IMG/VR virus record: IMGVR_UViG_3300044974_000700
Location: 1 to 64,000 of that record
Source of the DNA: a virus
DNA length: 64,000 bases
Direction: 5' to 3' (one strand)
The notes beneath the pieces are model-generated. The model was not told where the DNA came from and made no database searches. It worked only from the letters and a program-made list of their open reading frames with translations. This document shows, piece after piece, positions 1 through 11,337 of this stretch. How positions within the stretch are numbered: the first letter of the stretch is position 1; each line of letters opens with the position of its first letter. A program made the position numbers and the translations under genes.

Positions 1-2108
1 AGCTTAGCGTCTAACTGAGTTTGAATTGCTGAAGTGACACCGTCAAGGTATCCAATTTCTGTTGAGGAAACATTGCCTACGCTTGTAGTGCTTGGTAATA
101 CAACTGTTCCAGTGAAAGTTGGGCCTGAAAGAGGGGCCTTTAGGTCTAAAGCTGATTGTGTTGCTGTAGAAACTGGCTTGTTGGTATCTGAAGTATTGTC
201 TACGTTGCCAAGGCCTACCATGCTCTTTGTGACACCAGATACTGTGCCAGTAAATGTTGGTGAAGCAATTGGAGCATAGGTTGAAGCAGCAGTTGCAGAC
301 TCAAGTCTATCATTTAGCTGTGTCTGAATTGAAGATGTTACTCCATCAAGTGTTTCAATTTCAGAAGCAGAGACATTTCCAATGCTGGTTGTGCTTGGAA
401 GAACTACTGTACCAGTGAACGTTGGAGAAGCCGAAGGAGATTTGCTGTCAATTTGAGTTTGAATATTTGAATTAATTCCATTAAGGGTTTCAATTTCAGA
501 AGCAGAGACATTTCCAATGCTGGTTGTGCTTGGAAGAACTACTGTACCAGTGAACGTTGGAGAAGCTAAATTTGACTTTAGGTCTAACGCTGACTGAGTT
601 GCTGTAGAAACTGGCTTGTCTAAATCAGATGTATTGTCTGCACTTCCAAGTCCTACATCGGATTTAGAAATTCCAGTTGGGGAACTTATTACTGGAGAAG
701 ACAATGTTTTATTTGTTAGTGTTTCAGCGCCAGTTAGTGTTGCAAAATCTCCATCAGAAATTGCGGTATTAAATTCTGCAACTGTGCCTGATAATATATT
801 GTCTGATAAATTAATTGTTTTATTTGTTAATGTTTGTGAGTCAGAATTTCCAACTACTGTTCCTGAAGGAAGCGACTTTCCTAAAACTTGTGAAGAAGAT
901 AAAACTGTATCTCCATTAATTTTATAGGTTTTTCCTTCTGCTAAATCAACATTTTCTGAAGATGTCCAAGAATCTGTTGCATCTAACCAATTTATTGTTT
1001 TATCAGTTGAGCCTTTTAATGATATACCTCCACCATTTGCAGAGGCATCTGAAGGAGATGTTGTGTCTCCAAGGGTAATATTTTTATCTTCAACATTTAA
1101 ATCAACAGTATTTATATTGGTAGATGTTCCATTTACTGTTAAGTTTCCTGATAATGTTAAATCTGTACCTAAAACAGCTCCTGTAAATGTAGCTCCAGAA
1201 AGTGCTGCATAAGAATTTAAATTAGAAACTAGTGCTACTGTACCAGAATTATCTGGCAAATATATTGCTCTGTCTGCTGTAGGATCTGTAGCTAATAATG
1301 TTGTTTCATAATCATTATGTGTTGCACCTTCAAATGATACACCGCCGTTTATTTCTATTCCGTCTTGTACTACTGCAGAAGTTAACACTTTATTTGTTAA
1401 TGTTTGACTTCCTGTTGTTGTTACAAGAATATTTGTATCTGCAATTCCATGTACATTTGAGGTATCTGCTTCGTGTGAAGATAATGCATCTGTAGCAAGA
1501 CCTAATTGTGACAATGGCACCTGACCATTTCCATCTAATGTAGCAACACCTGTTGCAGTTCCTTTTTGTGATAAAGGAATATAATCTTCAATTGTGTTAT
1601 TTAAATTTGAATTTAAATTAGCAATTTCGTCATCTGTATAGGTATTAGCATTTGCCTCTGCTTGATCTGCATAAGCTCTTGTTGCTATAACATCTGTATC
1701 AACTGATACTGTTAGGGTATTTGCAGCATCATTGTAGTTCTTTGTTATACCTGTTCCCGCCGTCAAAGCTTGATCGATAGAATCCTGGGCAACTTCAGCT
1801 AATTCTGCCTTAGTAGCAATTACGGAAGTATCAACAGAAACTGTTATTGTATTTGCACCGTCATTATATGACTTAACAATACCCGTTCCAGCAACAAGGG
1901 CTGCGTCAATAGCATCTTGCGCTATTTCGCTAATTTCTGGATTGTCTGCTGCTATATAATTTAATGAAGTCCAGCCAGTGGTACCGTCACCAATTTTAAC
2001 TTTTCGTGTGTCTGTTTCAACACCCATTTCGCCAGCTGCTAGAATTGGGTTTGCGCTGGTCCATTGAGAGGCTGTACCTCTTCTAATTTGTAATCTTACT
2101 GTTGCCAT
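1..2108 (-). CDS. Tail fibre / receptor-binding protein with Mtd-N-like N-terminal domain (partial, runs off window start; absent from ORF track)
   Basis: ATG at 2108 translates [51 protein letters not shown]; repeated SPTFTGTV fibre motifs downstream. Confidence 0.8.
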   Translation of the reverse strand, partial: MATVRLQIRRGTASQWTSANPILAAGEMGVETDTRKVKIGDGTTGWTSLNYIAADNPEISEIAQDAIDAALVAGTGIVKSYNDGANTITVSVDTSVIATKAELAEVAQDSIDQALTAGTGITKNYNDAANTLTVSVDTDVIATRAYADQAEANANTYTDDEIANLNSNLNNTIEDYIPLSQKGTATGVATLDGNGQVPLSQLGLATDALSSHEADTSNVHGIADTNILVTTTGSQTLTNKVLTSAVVQDGIEINGGVSFEGATHNDYETTLLATDPTADRAIYLPDNSGTVALVSNLNSYAALSGATFTGAVLGTDLTLSGNLTVNGTSTNINTVDLNVEDKNITLGDTTSPSDASANGGGISLKGSTDKTINWLDATDSWTSSENVDLAEGKTYKINGDTVLSSSQVLGKSLPSGTVVGNSDSQTLTNKTINLSDNILSGTVAEFNTAISDGDFATLTGAETLTNKTLSSPVISSPTGISKSDVGLGSADNTSDLDKPVSTATQSALDLKSNLASPTFTGTVVLPSTTSIGNVSASEIETLNGINSNIQTQIDSKSPSASPTFTGTVVLPSTTSIGNVSASEIETLDGVTSSIQTQLNDRLESATAASTYAPIASPTFTGTVSGVTKSMVGLGNVDNTSDTNKPVSTATQSALDLKAPLSGPTFTGTVVLPSTTSVGNVSSTEIGYLDGVTSAIQTQLDAK
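352..566. repeat. Perfect 80-bp direct repeat (352-431 and 487-566), period 135 bp, inside tail fibre
   Basis: GTTTCAATTTCAGAAGCAGAG...GTTGGAGAAGC occurs twice. Confidence 0.9.
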
Positions 2109-2154
2109 TTTATTTTATACCCCTATATTAGAATTATACCATTTGCTAATTTTA

Positions 2155-2475
2155 TCAGGCTACTGTTCCTGAATCAAATGTTAAAGCAAATGATGAAGTG
2201 CTTGGGGAACCGCCATCAGCCATTTTATTTGCCTCAGTGATAACCCCATCCCCACCAACAGAATATATTGGTGCGCCATTATAATCAATAGCTAGATCTA
2301 TGTCATTGAATCCCATATCATTTGAATCTGATATATCAATCCATTGACCATTGACCTGAATTCTTAATTTATTATTATCTGTATTAAATGCGAGGGGCAC
2401 TGAGCCTAATGTAACCTGTCCAGACTGGACTACAAGGTTATTCTTTACTTTAAAATCTCTATTTGTTGTTGACAC
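2155..2475 (-). CDS. Small virion/tail protein
   Basis: In tail module; N-terminus (NRDFKVKNNLVV) resembles that of the adjacent fibre gene; DGG motif. Confidence 0.6.
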   Translation of the reverse strand: MSTTNRDFKVKNNLVVQSGQVTLGSVPLAFNTDNNKLRIQVNGQWIDISDSNDMGFNDIDLAIDYNGAPIYSVGGDGVITEANKMADGGSPSTSSFALTFDSGTVA

Positions 2476-2499
2476 GAGTTCAATATCCCCCGAATTTTA

Positions 2500-2524
2500 G
2501 GTGGGGGATTTTATTCCCCCACCA
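2500..2524 (-). terminator. Intrinsic terminator hairpin
   Basis: GGTGGGGGA-ttttat-TCCCCCACC between tail genes. Confidence 0.6.
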
Positions 2525-2540
2525 ATTAATTATTTAATTT

Positions 2541-4115
2541 TTATGAACCGATTAAGGTTCCAGCAACCAGTACGGTGCTGTTGTTGTTTAGAGTTGTTAC
2601 TCTAATTCTTATTTTGTTTGTATCAAAATCTGCTGAAATTGTCGATAATGATCCATTTGTTCCAACCATACCGTACTCAGTAAAGTGTACGTTATTGCTT
2701 GTATCAGTTGTTACAAGAATTTCAGACAATTCTGTGTGTGTTCCAGCTGCAACCTTTACAGTAAATTTACCGCTTGTAAATCCGTTATGATTCCACTCGT
2801 AGGCTGTTACTGTTGTCATTGTTGGAACAGTTACTTTAGCTGCAACATTCTTTGCAAGACCATTAAAGTCAATTGCTGCATATACTGGCTCTGCTACTGC
2901 ATTACCTGCAAGGATTGCTCCATCTGTATAAGAATTTGCAGAAGCAACAGCATCAGTTTCTGCTTGATCTACATATTGCTTTGTAGCTGCTTCAAGTGCA
3001 TTTGTTGGATCTGCATGAAGAGTCAAGGCTCCAGTCATTGTATCGCCAGACTTTGCCACCTTCTCGCCAATTTGGCCTGTTACTGTTGTAACGAAGTTTT
3101 CATCGTCTCCGATTGCTGCTGCTAGCTCATTCAATGTATCAAGTAGAGCTGGCGCTGAATCAACAAGTGCTGCTACTTCTTGATCAACATATGCTTTTGT
3201 TGAAATTACATTTGTATCAACAGAAATTGCTCCTGTTGTATCGTTATAAGAAAGTCCATTTCCTACGGCATTTCCTACCGCATCCTGTGCTCTTTCATCT
3301 GTAAAATATAGATTTGAACCCTCTTCAATATCTGTTGTTGTTAATGCATTAATTGCATTATCTGTATATGTGTTTGCATTTCCTTCTGCTGTAGAAGCTG
3401 CGCCATACGCATCGTATGTATTTGCAGCTACATTTATAATGCCGTCTGCTGAATTGTATGTTATTCCAGTTCCACCAGAAACTGCATTTCTTGCACGACC
3501 ATTTGTAAAATATAGGTTAGATAAACCCTCTTCAATATCGTCTGTATCTAGTCCGTTTACTAAATTGTCTGCATAATTCTGTGCGTTGGTTTGTGCTGTA
3601 GAAGCTGCACCTGCTGCATCATAATTTGACGCTAAGCTGTCTGCATAATTCTGTGCGTTGGTTTGTGCTGTAGAAGCTGCACCTGCTGCATCATAATTTG
3701 ACGCTAAGCTGTCTGCATAATTCTGTGCGTTGGTTTGTGCTGTAGAAGCTGCACCTGCTGCATCATATGCAGCTGCTGTAGCATCAAGCGCTCTTTGATT
3801 TGTAAAATATAAATTTGAACCTTCTGCAAGGTCGTCTGTGTCATGATTTGATAAACTTGAAACTGTACCAGTTACATCACCAGTTACGTTACCAGATAGA
3901 TTTGCTGTTATTGTACCAGCTGAGAAGTTGCCTGAACCATCACGCTTTACTACAGCATTTGGAGTATTTGCGGAGGTTGCTTGACCACCAATAAGGTTGA
4001 CGATATAACTATCTGATCCACCCTCTGTTAATATATTTTGACCATTTACTGTAGCTACTGATCCTTCAACTACAAGGCCATTTTTGATTCTAAAGTTTTT
4101 GTTAACTGTTGCCAC
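2541..4115 (-). CDS. Tail fibre-like protein
   Basis: DFRIKNGL-type start, EGSNLYFT repeats, APALLDTLNELAAAIGDD and ATKQYVD fibre motifs. Confidence 0.8.
   Translation of the reverse strand: MATVNKNFRIKNGLVVEGSVATVNGQNILTEGGSDSYIVNLIGGQATSANTPNAVVKRDGSGNFSAGTITANLSGNVTGDVTGTVSSLSNHDTDDLAEGSNLYFTNQRALDATAAAYDAAGAASTAQTNAQNYADSLASNYDAAGAASTAQTNAQNYADSLASNYDAAGAASTAQTNAQNYADNLVNGLDTDDIEEGLSNLYFTNGRARNAVSGGTGITYNSADGIINVAANTYDAYGAASTAEGNANTYTDNAINALTTTDIEEGSNLYFTDERAQDAVGNAVGNGLSYNDTTGAISVDTNVISTKAYVDQEVAALVDSAPALLDTLNELAAAIGDDENFVTTVTGQIGEKVAKSGDTMTGALTLHADPTNALEAATKQYVDQAETDAVASANSYTDGAILAGNAVAEPVYAAIDFNGLAKNVAAKVTVPTMTTVTAYEWNHNGFTSGKFTVKVAAGTHTELSEILVTTDTSNNVHFTEYGMVGTNGSLSTISADFDTNKIRIRVTTLNNNSTVLVAGTLIGS
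3566..3767. repeat. 72-bp tandem repeat x2.8 (YDAAGAASTAQTNAQNYADSLASN)
   Basis: Identical units start at 3566, 3638 and 3710. Confidence 0.95.
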
Positions 4116-4131
4116 TCTGACAACCCCCTAT

Positions 4132-4683
4132 TTAAGCTTTAAGCGCAGTTCTTACAAATCTTGCTGTAACAGCAGAAGTTGTAGGAGTTACGCATAAACT
4201 AATTATACCTGCATTTGATTCAAAAGTGACGGAAGCAAGATTATTTGAGGTATTTGAGATAATGTTGCTTTCTGATACGTTAATATCAGTTCCATCATTT
4301 AATAGCAAAAAGTCTGATGCATGATATTCAGAGCCTCTTGTTATTTGAAGATTATATTTAATTGTTCTATATGTTGATACCGCCCATGTATCTATGGCTG
4401 TTTTATTTTCTATACCTGTTATAGTGAGGTCATTATTGCCTTCTAGCCCAAGTAATTCTAATGTTGAATCTGATTGACTATCTAAATCAAATAATTGTGA
4501 TTCTATCTGAGCTACTTTATAATCAATAGAAGAAGAATCAGAAGATCCGTCAATACCAATTTTTGCTTGAATTGCTTCAATAGCATCATTTACGTTTCCG
4601 TGTAATGCTGCATGACCTGCCATGCTATCTGTAGAATTAGGATTATTTAAATTATCTAAACTTGCTGGGAAATTAGTTGCCAA
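4132..4683 (-). CDS. Virion structural protein
   Basis: MATNFPASLD start typical of actinophage minor tail proteins; C-terminal domain similar to that of 2541-4115. Confidence 0.6.
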   Translation of the reverse strand: MATNFPASLDNLNNPNSTDSMAGHAALHGNVNDAIEAIQAKIGIDGSSDSSSIDYKVAQIESQLFDLDSQSDSTLELLGLEGNNDLTITGIENKTAIDTWAVSTYRTIKYNLQITRGSEYHASDFLLLNDGTDINVSESNIISNTSNNLASVTFESNAGIISLCVTPTTSAVTARFVRTALKA

Positions 4684-5047
4684 TTTCGCCTCCGTCTAAC
4701 AATGTTAACTGTACGTAAGAAGCATTGTTATATGTTGAGTCTGGTTCACCACCATCAAATCCTATTATAACAGGAATTTCTTCTTCAACATTAGCTTCAT
4801 TGTTAATATCTGTATTAAAGTTAATCGTTTCTTGTATGTCAATTGTATGAACATCTCCATCATATGAGTGTGTATGCATGTAGAATGGAGCGGGATCAGT
4901 AGAACCTGGAGTTAAATCAACCCAAATTGCACCATTATAAATTTTTATGTTTTTAGAAACTGTATTAAAATAAACATCTCCAGTAGAGCCAGCGATAGGA
5001 TCTTCTTCTAATGTTACTAAGTTTAATAATGATTTAAGCTTTGGCAT
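4673..5047 (-). CDS. Virion structural protein
   Basis: GDVYFNT...YNGAIW fibre motif; tail module context. Confidence 0.55.
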   Translation of the reverse strand: MPKLKSLLNLVTLEEDPIAGSTGDVYFNTVSKNIKIYNGAIWVDLTPGSTDPAPFYMHTHSYDGDVHTIDIQETINFNTDINNEANVEEEIPVIIGFDGGEPDSTYNNASYVQLTLLDGGEIGN

Positions 5048-5058
5048 TATTAAACCCC

Positions 5059-6600
5059 TTATCCGATAACGACTACTCTGTAAGCTCCAGCTGAAGGCGC
5101 CACCGCAAATTTAATAGTAATTGCAGATGTTGATGTGTGCTCTACATCTGCCTCTATTTGTGCAAATGGAGAACCTACTTCATAAATTTGTACAGTAACA
5201 TCTTTTGTTCCAAGATTATGAGTTACAGTATATGTTGTTGCTGATGTGCTTAATGTAGCACTATACTTTCTTGTTATCTCATGATAATTTATGCCATCGT
5301 TAGTTAATTGCCATTGATCAGAAGATTCACTCCACTTTATATCAACATCATTCTCTAAACCACGATGTACTTTTATACCTGCATCTACAGAAGGAGAATT
5401 CTCCTCTGGCATATCGCTATTTAAGTTAATATAATTATCTGAAATATTAACTTGTGTAGTATTTACAGCATTTATGTTACCAGTAACATTTAAGTTACCG
5501 CCAACATTCAAGTTGTTAGTAATTGTTACATCATCTGGCAATCCAATTGTTACTGCTGCTGTTTCTGATCCAGAGCCAGAAACTGTAATTTCATTAGCTG
5601 TTCCTTGGATTGTAGCAACGTATGCGCCTGTAGTATCATCGCCAAGGGCTACTGAATTAGGCTGTACGGTTGTGGATATTGTTACATTTTGGCTGCCATC
5701 AAATGATACAGAACCAGCAACATCTCCAGATAGAGAAATTGTTCTTGCTGTTTCTAATTGTGATGCAGTATCTGCATTACCAGTCAGATCTCCAGTAACA
5801 TTTCCAGTAATTGTTCCAACTACTGTTAGATTTTGATTTGCCTGTATGTTTCCATCAAATGTTGCTGTAGATGCTACGTCTAATGTAGAATTTATATCTA
5901 CTCCGCCTGCAACTGTTAAGAAACTACCATTTGCAATAATTACATCTTCGTTAAATGTGGCTTCACCATTTACTACGGTTACTCCATCTACAGTTAAAGA
6001 TGAATTTATGTCTACTGGATCATTAAATGTAGATGAACCTGTAACAGTTAAAGATGTTCCTAATGTTACCGCACCGTCTACGTTTAATGTATTATCAAGA
6101 TCTACTGCACCAGTAACATTTAGGGAGTCGTTTACTGTAGTAGATCCTTGTATTGTTGCAATTCCAGAAACTTCTAAATTGCCGCCAACAGTTACGTGGG
6201 CAGATGTATCTAATGTGGCTGCATTTACATCTGTAACATCTAAAGTTGTTGGAATCGAAAGGGTTACGTCTCCATTGCCAGCTTTAGCTACTGTTATTTG
6301 ATTTGTTGTTCCTAGAATGTCTGCTACGTCGTGCTTATGATCTGCACGTGCAACATAAGGCGAAGTTCCATGACTTACTGCTTCACCAAATTTTAATCTT
6401 GTTGTATAATTTCCAACACCAAAGTCACCTGATGCTGTTAACCACTCTGTGCCATTCCAAAAATAGAGTAAGTTATCGTTTGAATCGTAATAAATTTGAC
6501 CAGTTACTGGGCTGCTTGGTGCAACTCCAAGATTCTGGATTCTGGCATTGAGTAATTCGTTTTTATTTAGGTCAATGCTAACCAAAAATTTTCTTGCCAT
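5059..6600 (-). CDS. Tail fibre/spike protein with beta-helix-like repeats
   Basis: [15 protein letters not shown], repeated L(N/T)V(T/D)[19 protein letters not shown] motif, C-terminal HNLGT. Confidence 0.75.
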   Translation of the reverse strand: MARKFLVSIDLNKNELLNARIQNLGVAPSSPVTGQIYYDSNDNLLYFWNGTEWLTASGDFGVGNYTTRLKFGEAVSHGTSPYVARADHKHDVADILGTTNQITVAKAGNGDVTLSIPTTLDVTDVNAATLDTSAHVTVGGNLEVSGIATIQGSTTVNDSLNVTGAVDLDNTLNVDGAVTLGTSLTVTGSSTFNDPVDINSSLTVDGVTVVNGEATFNEDVIIANGSFLTVAGGVDINSTLDVASTATFDGNIQANQNLTVVGTITGNVTGDLTGNADTASQLETARTISLSGDVAGSVSFDGSQNVTISTTVQPNSVALGDDTTGAYVATIQGTANEITVSGSGSETAAVTIGLPDDVTITNNLNVGGNLNVTGNINAVNTTQVNISDNYINLNSDMPEENSPSVDAGIKVHRGLENDVDIKWSESSDQWQLTNDGINYHEITRKYSATLSTSATTYTVTHNLGTKDVTVQIYEVGSPFAQIEADVEHTSTSAITIKFAVAPSAGAYRVVVIG

Positions 6601-6612
6601 TATTCACTCCCT

Positions 6613-7050
6613 TTAAGACAGATGCGCTGTCCCTGAAAACGGCTGTGCCATCGTCAGTGTAATTATATTAAGACTATTATAGACTATTCCCGTTTCTAAT
6701 ATGTCGCCGCTACTGGACTTAACTGTTACGTTTGGATGAAAGCCTAAATTATGGACTATTTCTACTGAATATACTCCATCGGCTGGTCCAGTAACTTGAG
6801 CAAGCTCCCAAGAATGAGTTAGGGCTATTTGCTTATCTAATATAAAACTATTATTTATATTCCATGTATTGGTATTTGAATCTTTAGGTCCCCAAAATCT
6901 AGTTGTTAGCTTATCAAAATAAAAATCTCCAGGGACTCCTAAATTATTTGATGGGTCGCCTTCACCGCTAATAATAGTTCTTCCTGGTGCGCCAGAAGCT
7001 CTGACTACAACCAGTGGATTATTTTCAGTTACAATTAATCTTGTTCCCAT
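6613..7050 (-). CDS. Tail-associated protein
   Basis: G.G.P...G..GDFY.D motif; HNLG motif. Confidence 0.6.
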   Translation of the reverse strand: MGTRLIVTENNPLVVVRASGAPGRTIISGEGDPSNNLGVPGDFYFDKLTTRFWGPKDSNTNTWNINNSFILDKQIALTHSWELAQVTGPADGVYSVEIVHNLGFHPNVTVKSSSGDILETGIVYNSLNIITLTMAQPFSGTAHLS

Positions 7051-7394
7051 TAAATTGTCACGGCCCTATTAAGAGTCATATACCCTTCTAAAAGTCTTGT
7101 CTTATTTACACTTGGATCTATTAATACCAAATCATATGCAGATTTTGGATAAAACATTTTATTTGTTCTATCTGCTGCAATAGATATTGATAATTTGCCT
7201 TCAGTTGGACTTATTGTAATTCCGTCTTGTTCTGTTAATGTAAAAGCTATTTTTTTCCCACCTTGTGTATCTCTTACCTGCATTTTGGCAGTATGAAAAT
7301 GAAGTTGTATTGGGCTCTCATCCTCGTCTAGATATTGAACCTCAAATGTAAAAGTTGAGTTTTGATCAACTTCAAAATTCTTTTGTGCAGCCAT
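7050..7394 (-). CDS. Baseplate/tail adaptor-like protein
   Basis: DQ..TF...Y, AKMQVR, YDL, RLLEG pattern common in phage tail modules. Confidence 0.55.
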   Translation of the reverse strand: MAAQKNFEVDQNSTFTFEVQYLDEDESPIQLHFHTAKMQVRDTQGGKKIAFTLTEQDGITISPTEGKLSISIAADRTNKMFYPKSAYDLVLIDPSVNKTRLLEGYMTLNRAVTI

Positions 7395-7465
7395 TAAATA
7401 CCCCTAAAATAGGAAAACTCCTATGCTTTATTTTAGCATAAGAGTTGTCCTAACTTGCTATTGAA

Positions 7466-7693
7466 TTATGCCTTCTTGGTAAATCCAAAACTTGGCTCGT
7501 TTGGATTAAGTGCCTTTAAAATAACAGGCAAACATGCTGCAATTCCACCCTTAATTAAATCTCCTGGGTCTGTATTGCCAGTCATATATAGAGCAATAGC
7601 GGCACCTAAAAAGTGACGACCATAGCTTGCTAACGCTGCTAGAATTTTTTCTTGCATTGTTACCTTTCCATCATTATTAAGATCTTCTTTCAT
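7466..7693 (-). CDS. Putative holin / small membrane protein
   Basis: Two hydrophobic segments, basic C-terminus. Confidence 0.45.
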   Translation of the reverse strand: MKEDLNNDGKVTMQEKILAALASYGRHFLGAAIALYMTGNTDPGDLIKGGIAACLPVILKALNPNEPSFGFTKKA

Positions 7694-7758
7694 AAAGACC
7701 TCCTTATTCTGGGCCCTGTGCCCAGGAATTTAGGGTTTCCCCTAATTACATTATACTA

Positions 7759-9690
7759 CTAAGCTGAAATATCTACAATCTCACAATTTCCATCAGAAGT
7801 ACAAGCTAAAGTTTGAGTTCCACTTGTTCCATCTTCTGTTTCATAAAAAGATAAATCTTCCCAACGAATATTCTTTGGCATTTTTTCTAGAAGATCTAGA
7901 TATTCTGATTCTGTTACTTCTTGATATGGAGCTTGCTTATATGAATGATCTGAATGCGGTAGAAATGAAATACCTGACACTTCATCAAAATGCTTATATA
8001 CCCAAGCACCGACTTCCATCCACTCATCTTCTTTTACAGAAACTGTAATTGAAGGCTTATGCTCACACCATGCACGTTGATAAACTAACCAAGTATTCAG
8101 GTGTTCGATTGCTGTTAAATCATTTCTTACAATTGCACCTTCTGGTGCCTTTACTGGAAATGAGAATACATATGTATCGTTTGGCTTCATGAAGTCATCT
8201 TCGCATGGAATGCCAACTTCCTTTAAGAATGTAGAAAGTGGATCCTTTTTGTCTCCACGAACTGTGCGGATGTAATATTCAGAATGCCATGGATGCATTC
8301 CAGAAGATACTCCAACAAGTTGTGAAACTGTTCCAGATGGCTTGACACATGTAATTGCAGCAGATTCATTAATACCAATCTTTGTTGCCTCATCCTTATT
8401 TGTCTTTCTAGCAGAATCTCTTAGCTCTCCGAGATAATTTTCTAGCTGGTCCAATCCCTTTTTGCCAGACATGAAGGTATGTCCAAACTGACCAGTTAAC
8501 GAGACTCCTAATAGACGCTCTTCTTCTGTATTGTCTTTCCAAATTTTACGAAGATACTTGAAATCAGTAAGTGTTGATTGCCATGTCCCAAGAATAGTTG
8601 CTAGTCTTACCTTCTCTGCGATTGTCTCTCGTGTATCGTTTTCACGAATTACAACTTCGGATAGATTACAAAACTGATAAGGGCGAAGGATAATTTCTGA
8701 GCATGGGTTAGTTCCATAGTGTATTTCTGGATCTCTTCTACCCCATTTTGCTGCTTGCTTTTGAGCAGCGGCAACATTGTATATGCCACGTTCACCTGAT
8801 TTTGAGTCATATAAATTCTTCCATTCAGCAATAAACTGCTCCATTTCTGGCTTGCGAGAATATGCTACTGAGTTATTTGATAATGCACGTTGAGAATTAT
8901 TTTCCCACCAGTTACCTGACTTGGCTGCTGCCATCTCAATGTCATTAATGTTTGAAAGAGAAATCATTGCAGAACGACGAACTCCGCCAACCACAACAAT
9001 TTCACCAATCTTACACATTATATCGTGAGCTTCGATAGGCTTCAACTGGCGACCTGCTGCACCTTTAAATTTTGCGATTGTAAAATCAAAAAGATTTACA
9101 AGTGGCTGAGGGCCTGAAGATCTTCCGCCCATTGTTTTAAGTCTTGCTCCAGCTGGGCGAAGCTTTGATACATCAATTGCTGGAACCTGTCCTGCCCAAA
9201 GCATTGCAAGAAGTTCACGATATGCCTTTGCCCATCCCTGCTTTGAATCTTCTACAACGATAACTGTTGATGACTTTTCAAATGATTCTGGGACGGCAGG
9301 AAGTTTGTTAACATACTTATACTCAACAGAGAATCCAACACCAGTTCCACACATTAAAATATACATAGTTTCATCAAATGATCGTGGATTATCTACTGGG
9401 ACAAATGAGCAGTTATATCCTGCAACATGGTCTCTATCAAGAGCAGCGCCTGCAGTCATTACTGCTCTCATTGAAGGCATTACACTTCTGCTATAAACTG
9501 CTTCTTTTAGATCTTCAACAAGTTTTAAATCTGGAACATAACTAAATGTTTTTAAATGATCTAACATGAAAGCAAAATATCTATCTACTGTTTCTCCCCA
9601 AGTCTCACGGCGATTCTCATCCGATATCCATCTAGCATATCTAGATAATGCAATAAAATTTTCATATGGGGTTTCAATAACTTTTGACAT
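7759..9690 (-). CDS. nrdJ: Class II (adenosylcobalamin-dependent) ribonucleotide reductase, monomeric type
   Basis: YNC, GTGVGF, GGVRRSA, TNPCSE, CNLSE, VKPSGTVS and C-terminal CTSDGNC redox pair. Confidence 0.93.
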   Translation of the reverse strand: MSKVIETPYENFIALSRYARWISDENRRETWGETVDRYFAFMLDHLKTFSYVPDLKLVEDLKEAVYSRSVMPSMRAVMTAGAALDRDHVAGYNCSFVPVDNPRSFDETMYILMCGTGVGFSVEYKYVNKLPAVPESFEKSSTVIVVEDSKQGWAKAYRELLAMLWAGQVPAIDVSKLRPAGARLKTMGGRSSGPQPLVNLFDFTIAKFKGAAGRQLKPIEAHDIMCKIGEIVVVGGVRRSAMISLSNINDIEMAAAKSGNWWENNSQRALSNNSVAYSRKPEMEQFIAEWKNLYDSKSGERGIYNVAAAQKQAAKWGRRDPEIHYGTNPCSEIILRPYQFCNLSEVVIRENDTRETIAEKVRLATILGTWQSTLTDFKYLRKIWKDNTEEERLLGVSLTGQFGHTFMSGKKGLDQLENYLGELRDSARKTNKDEATKIGINESAAITCVKPSGTVSQLVGVSSGMHPWHSEYYIRTVRGDKKDPLSTFLKEVGIPCEDDFMKPNDTYVFSFPVKAPEGAIVRNDLTAIEHLNTWLVYQRAWCEHKPSITVSVKEDEWMEVGAWVYKHFDEVSGISFLPHSDHSYKQAPYQEVTESEYLDLLEKMPKNIRWEDLSFYETEDGTSGTQTLACTSDGNCEIVDISA

Positions 9691-9904
9691 ATACACACCT
9701 TTTCCGCCTTTTGGCTACTAATTTTTATTAAGAAGTTAATTCTACCAAAAAGAATTCTCTATGTGAAGAGTTTTATATTTTTTATATTAAAAATAAATAT
9801 AATTATTAGTTAACTATAAATATATTTTTTAGTCAACTAACTTGACATGCTTTATAAAACAATGTTATTATTATAGTCCGTTATCTCTAATGGAGGAAAT
9901 GCCA

Positions 9905-10462
9905 ATGGAGAATATAAAAGAAAAACTTAGTGATGTTTTACATCATTACGTTGCAATAGCAGTTGGTTTAATGTTTTTATACTCTGGTACGCCAGTTATA
10001 AGTTCTATGCCAGCTGAGGCTTTGGTTGTAAAACCAGAGACAAAAAATGAAGCACAACTGAAAAGAGAAACGCTGGAAAAATTCAGCAATACTGTATATA
10101 AGCCTTCAGAGATGCTTACAGACGAAGAACTTAAAAAGCTTCTTAAGAATGTAGGATTTGAAGGAAACGCCCTTAAAATGGCGTGGGCCATTGCTAAAGC
10201 GGAGTCCAATGGGCGCCCTATGGCATATAATGGCAACAGGAATACTGGAGACAGTTCCTACGGAATTTTTCAGATCAATATGCTGGGAACTCTTGGCACA
10301 GATCGTAAAGAGAAATTCGAATTGAGATCAAACGTACTTTTGTTTGATCCAGTCATAAACGCAGAGATAACGTATTACATGACTCAAGGCGGAAAGAATT
10401 GGTCATCTTGGCCTAATTCTATTAGCAAAGCAAAGAAGTTGGTAACTCAATTTCCAAAGTAG
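9905..10462 (+). CDS. Membrane-anchored lytic transglycosylase (SLT/lysozyme-like)
   Basis: AIAKAES catalytic Glu, SYGIFQIN, WSSW; N-terminal hydrophobic helix; GGAGG RBS. Confidence 0.8.
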   Translation: MENIKEKLSDVLHHYVAIAVGLMFLYSGTPVISSMPAEALVVKPETKNEAQLKRETLEKFSNTVYKPSEMLTDEELKKLLKNVGFEGNALKMAWAIAKAESNGRPMAYNGNRNTGDSSYGIFQINMLGTLGTDRKEKFELRSNVLLFDPVINAEITYYMTQGGKNWSSWPNSISKAKKLVTQFPK

Positions 10463-10474
10463 TAAGGAGATAAA

Positions 10475-11248
10475 TTGAAGATACAGGTAGTATCTAAATA
10501 TTTAACTCTTGCAAGAGAGGGCCTTGTTCCTAATATAGAATGTCCATTAGATCAAGGCCTTCTTTTTGCTAATACAGATATGGAAGACAATATATTCATA
10601 TATTGCATATCCTGTGAGTACAAAAAATATATAGGAATGCATCTTTACAAAAACATGGAAGGCTTAATAAATGGAAAAAAGTAAATATAATAAAGATTTA
10701 ATTTTAGATTTATCAATGGTTATACCGTGTGCACATATACCACGTGAATTTATTGCTGATAGAGTAACCAAATATTTTATTACATATTTAGAAAAAAATT
10801 TAGAAAATGGTAAAAGTATTAAAGAAATTCTTTTAGATATAACTGGTGATGAAAAATATAATGGATGAGGCTCAAGATTTAGAAGAAAATTTACCTTTAG
10901 TAAATTATATTATGAGTCATAGAATATATGACATGCTTACATTGATAGCAAATATATTAGCAAAAGATGAAAATGATAGACATCAAATAAATAAAATGGT
11001 AGAATATCATAAAGAGGGATTTTTGCTGGGACCCTCCCCAGCATTTAGAGGCAAGGAAAATAATGAGTAAAGAAGAAGTAATTGCAATTATGGTTGCCAC
11101 ATTTAATGAAATTAATAAAAATATGGCAGTTATGAGCGGAATGGCAGAAGAAGAGGCAGATAAGTTTATAGAACAAAGTAGGCCTTCTATTGAACACACT
11201 TTAACTTCTGTTTATGACGTTTTAGTAGAAAAACAAATCATAAAATAA
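10475..11248 (+). CDS. Four small overlapping hypothetical genes (10475-10684 Cys-pair protein, 10671-10868, 10861-11070, 11063-11248)
   Basis: Coupled ORFs with RBS; first has CPLD...CISC. Confidence 0.6.
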
Positions 11249-11251
11249 TAT

Positions 11252-11337
11252 TGCATGGAGCGGGCATTTTTGTCCCCGTGCAGTGCGCCTTATAGGCGCA
11301 GAAACCCCCACAGGATCCGCCTCTTGTTGGGGGTTTC
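11252..11337 (+). ncRNA. Candidate structured RNA / terminator (three tandem hairpins)
   Basis: TGCATGG/CCGTGCA with inner GGGCA/TGTCC; TGCGCCT/AGGCGCA; GAAACCCCCA/TGGGGGTTTC followed by a T-rich tail. Confidence 0.4.

Noticed and set aside
1-2108. Diversity-generating retroelement implied by the Mtd-like N-terminus
   Set aside because: No reverse transcriptase in the window; the internal repeat pair is identical rather than differing at adenines.
34-6551. Plus-strand ORFs in the tail region (e.g. 616-927, 5474-5836, 5846-6301), and similar ones at 40028-40402 and 48689-48984
   Set aside because: Antisense shadows of repetitive minus-strand genes; no RBS or recognisable motifs.
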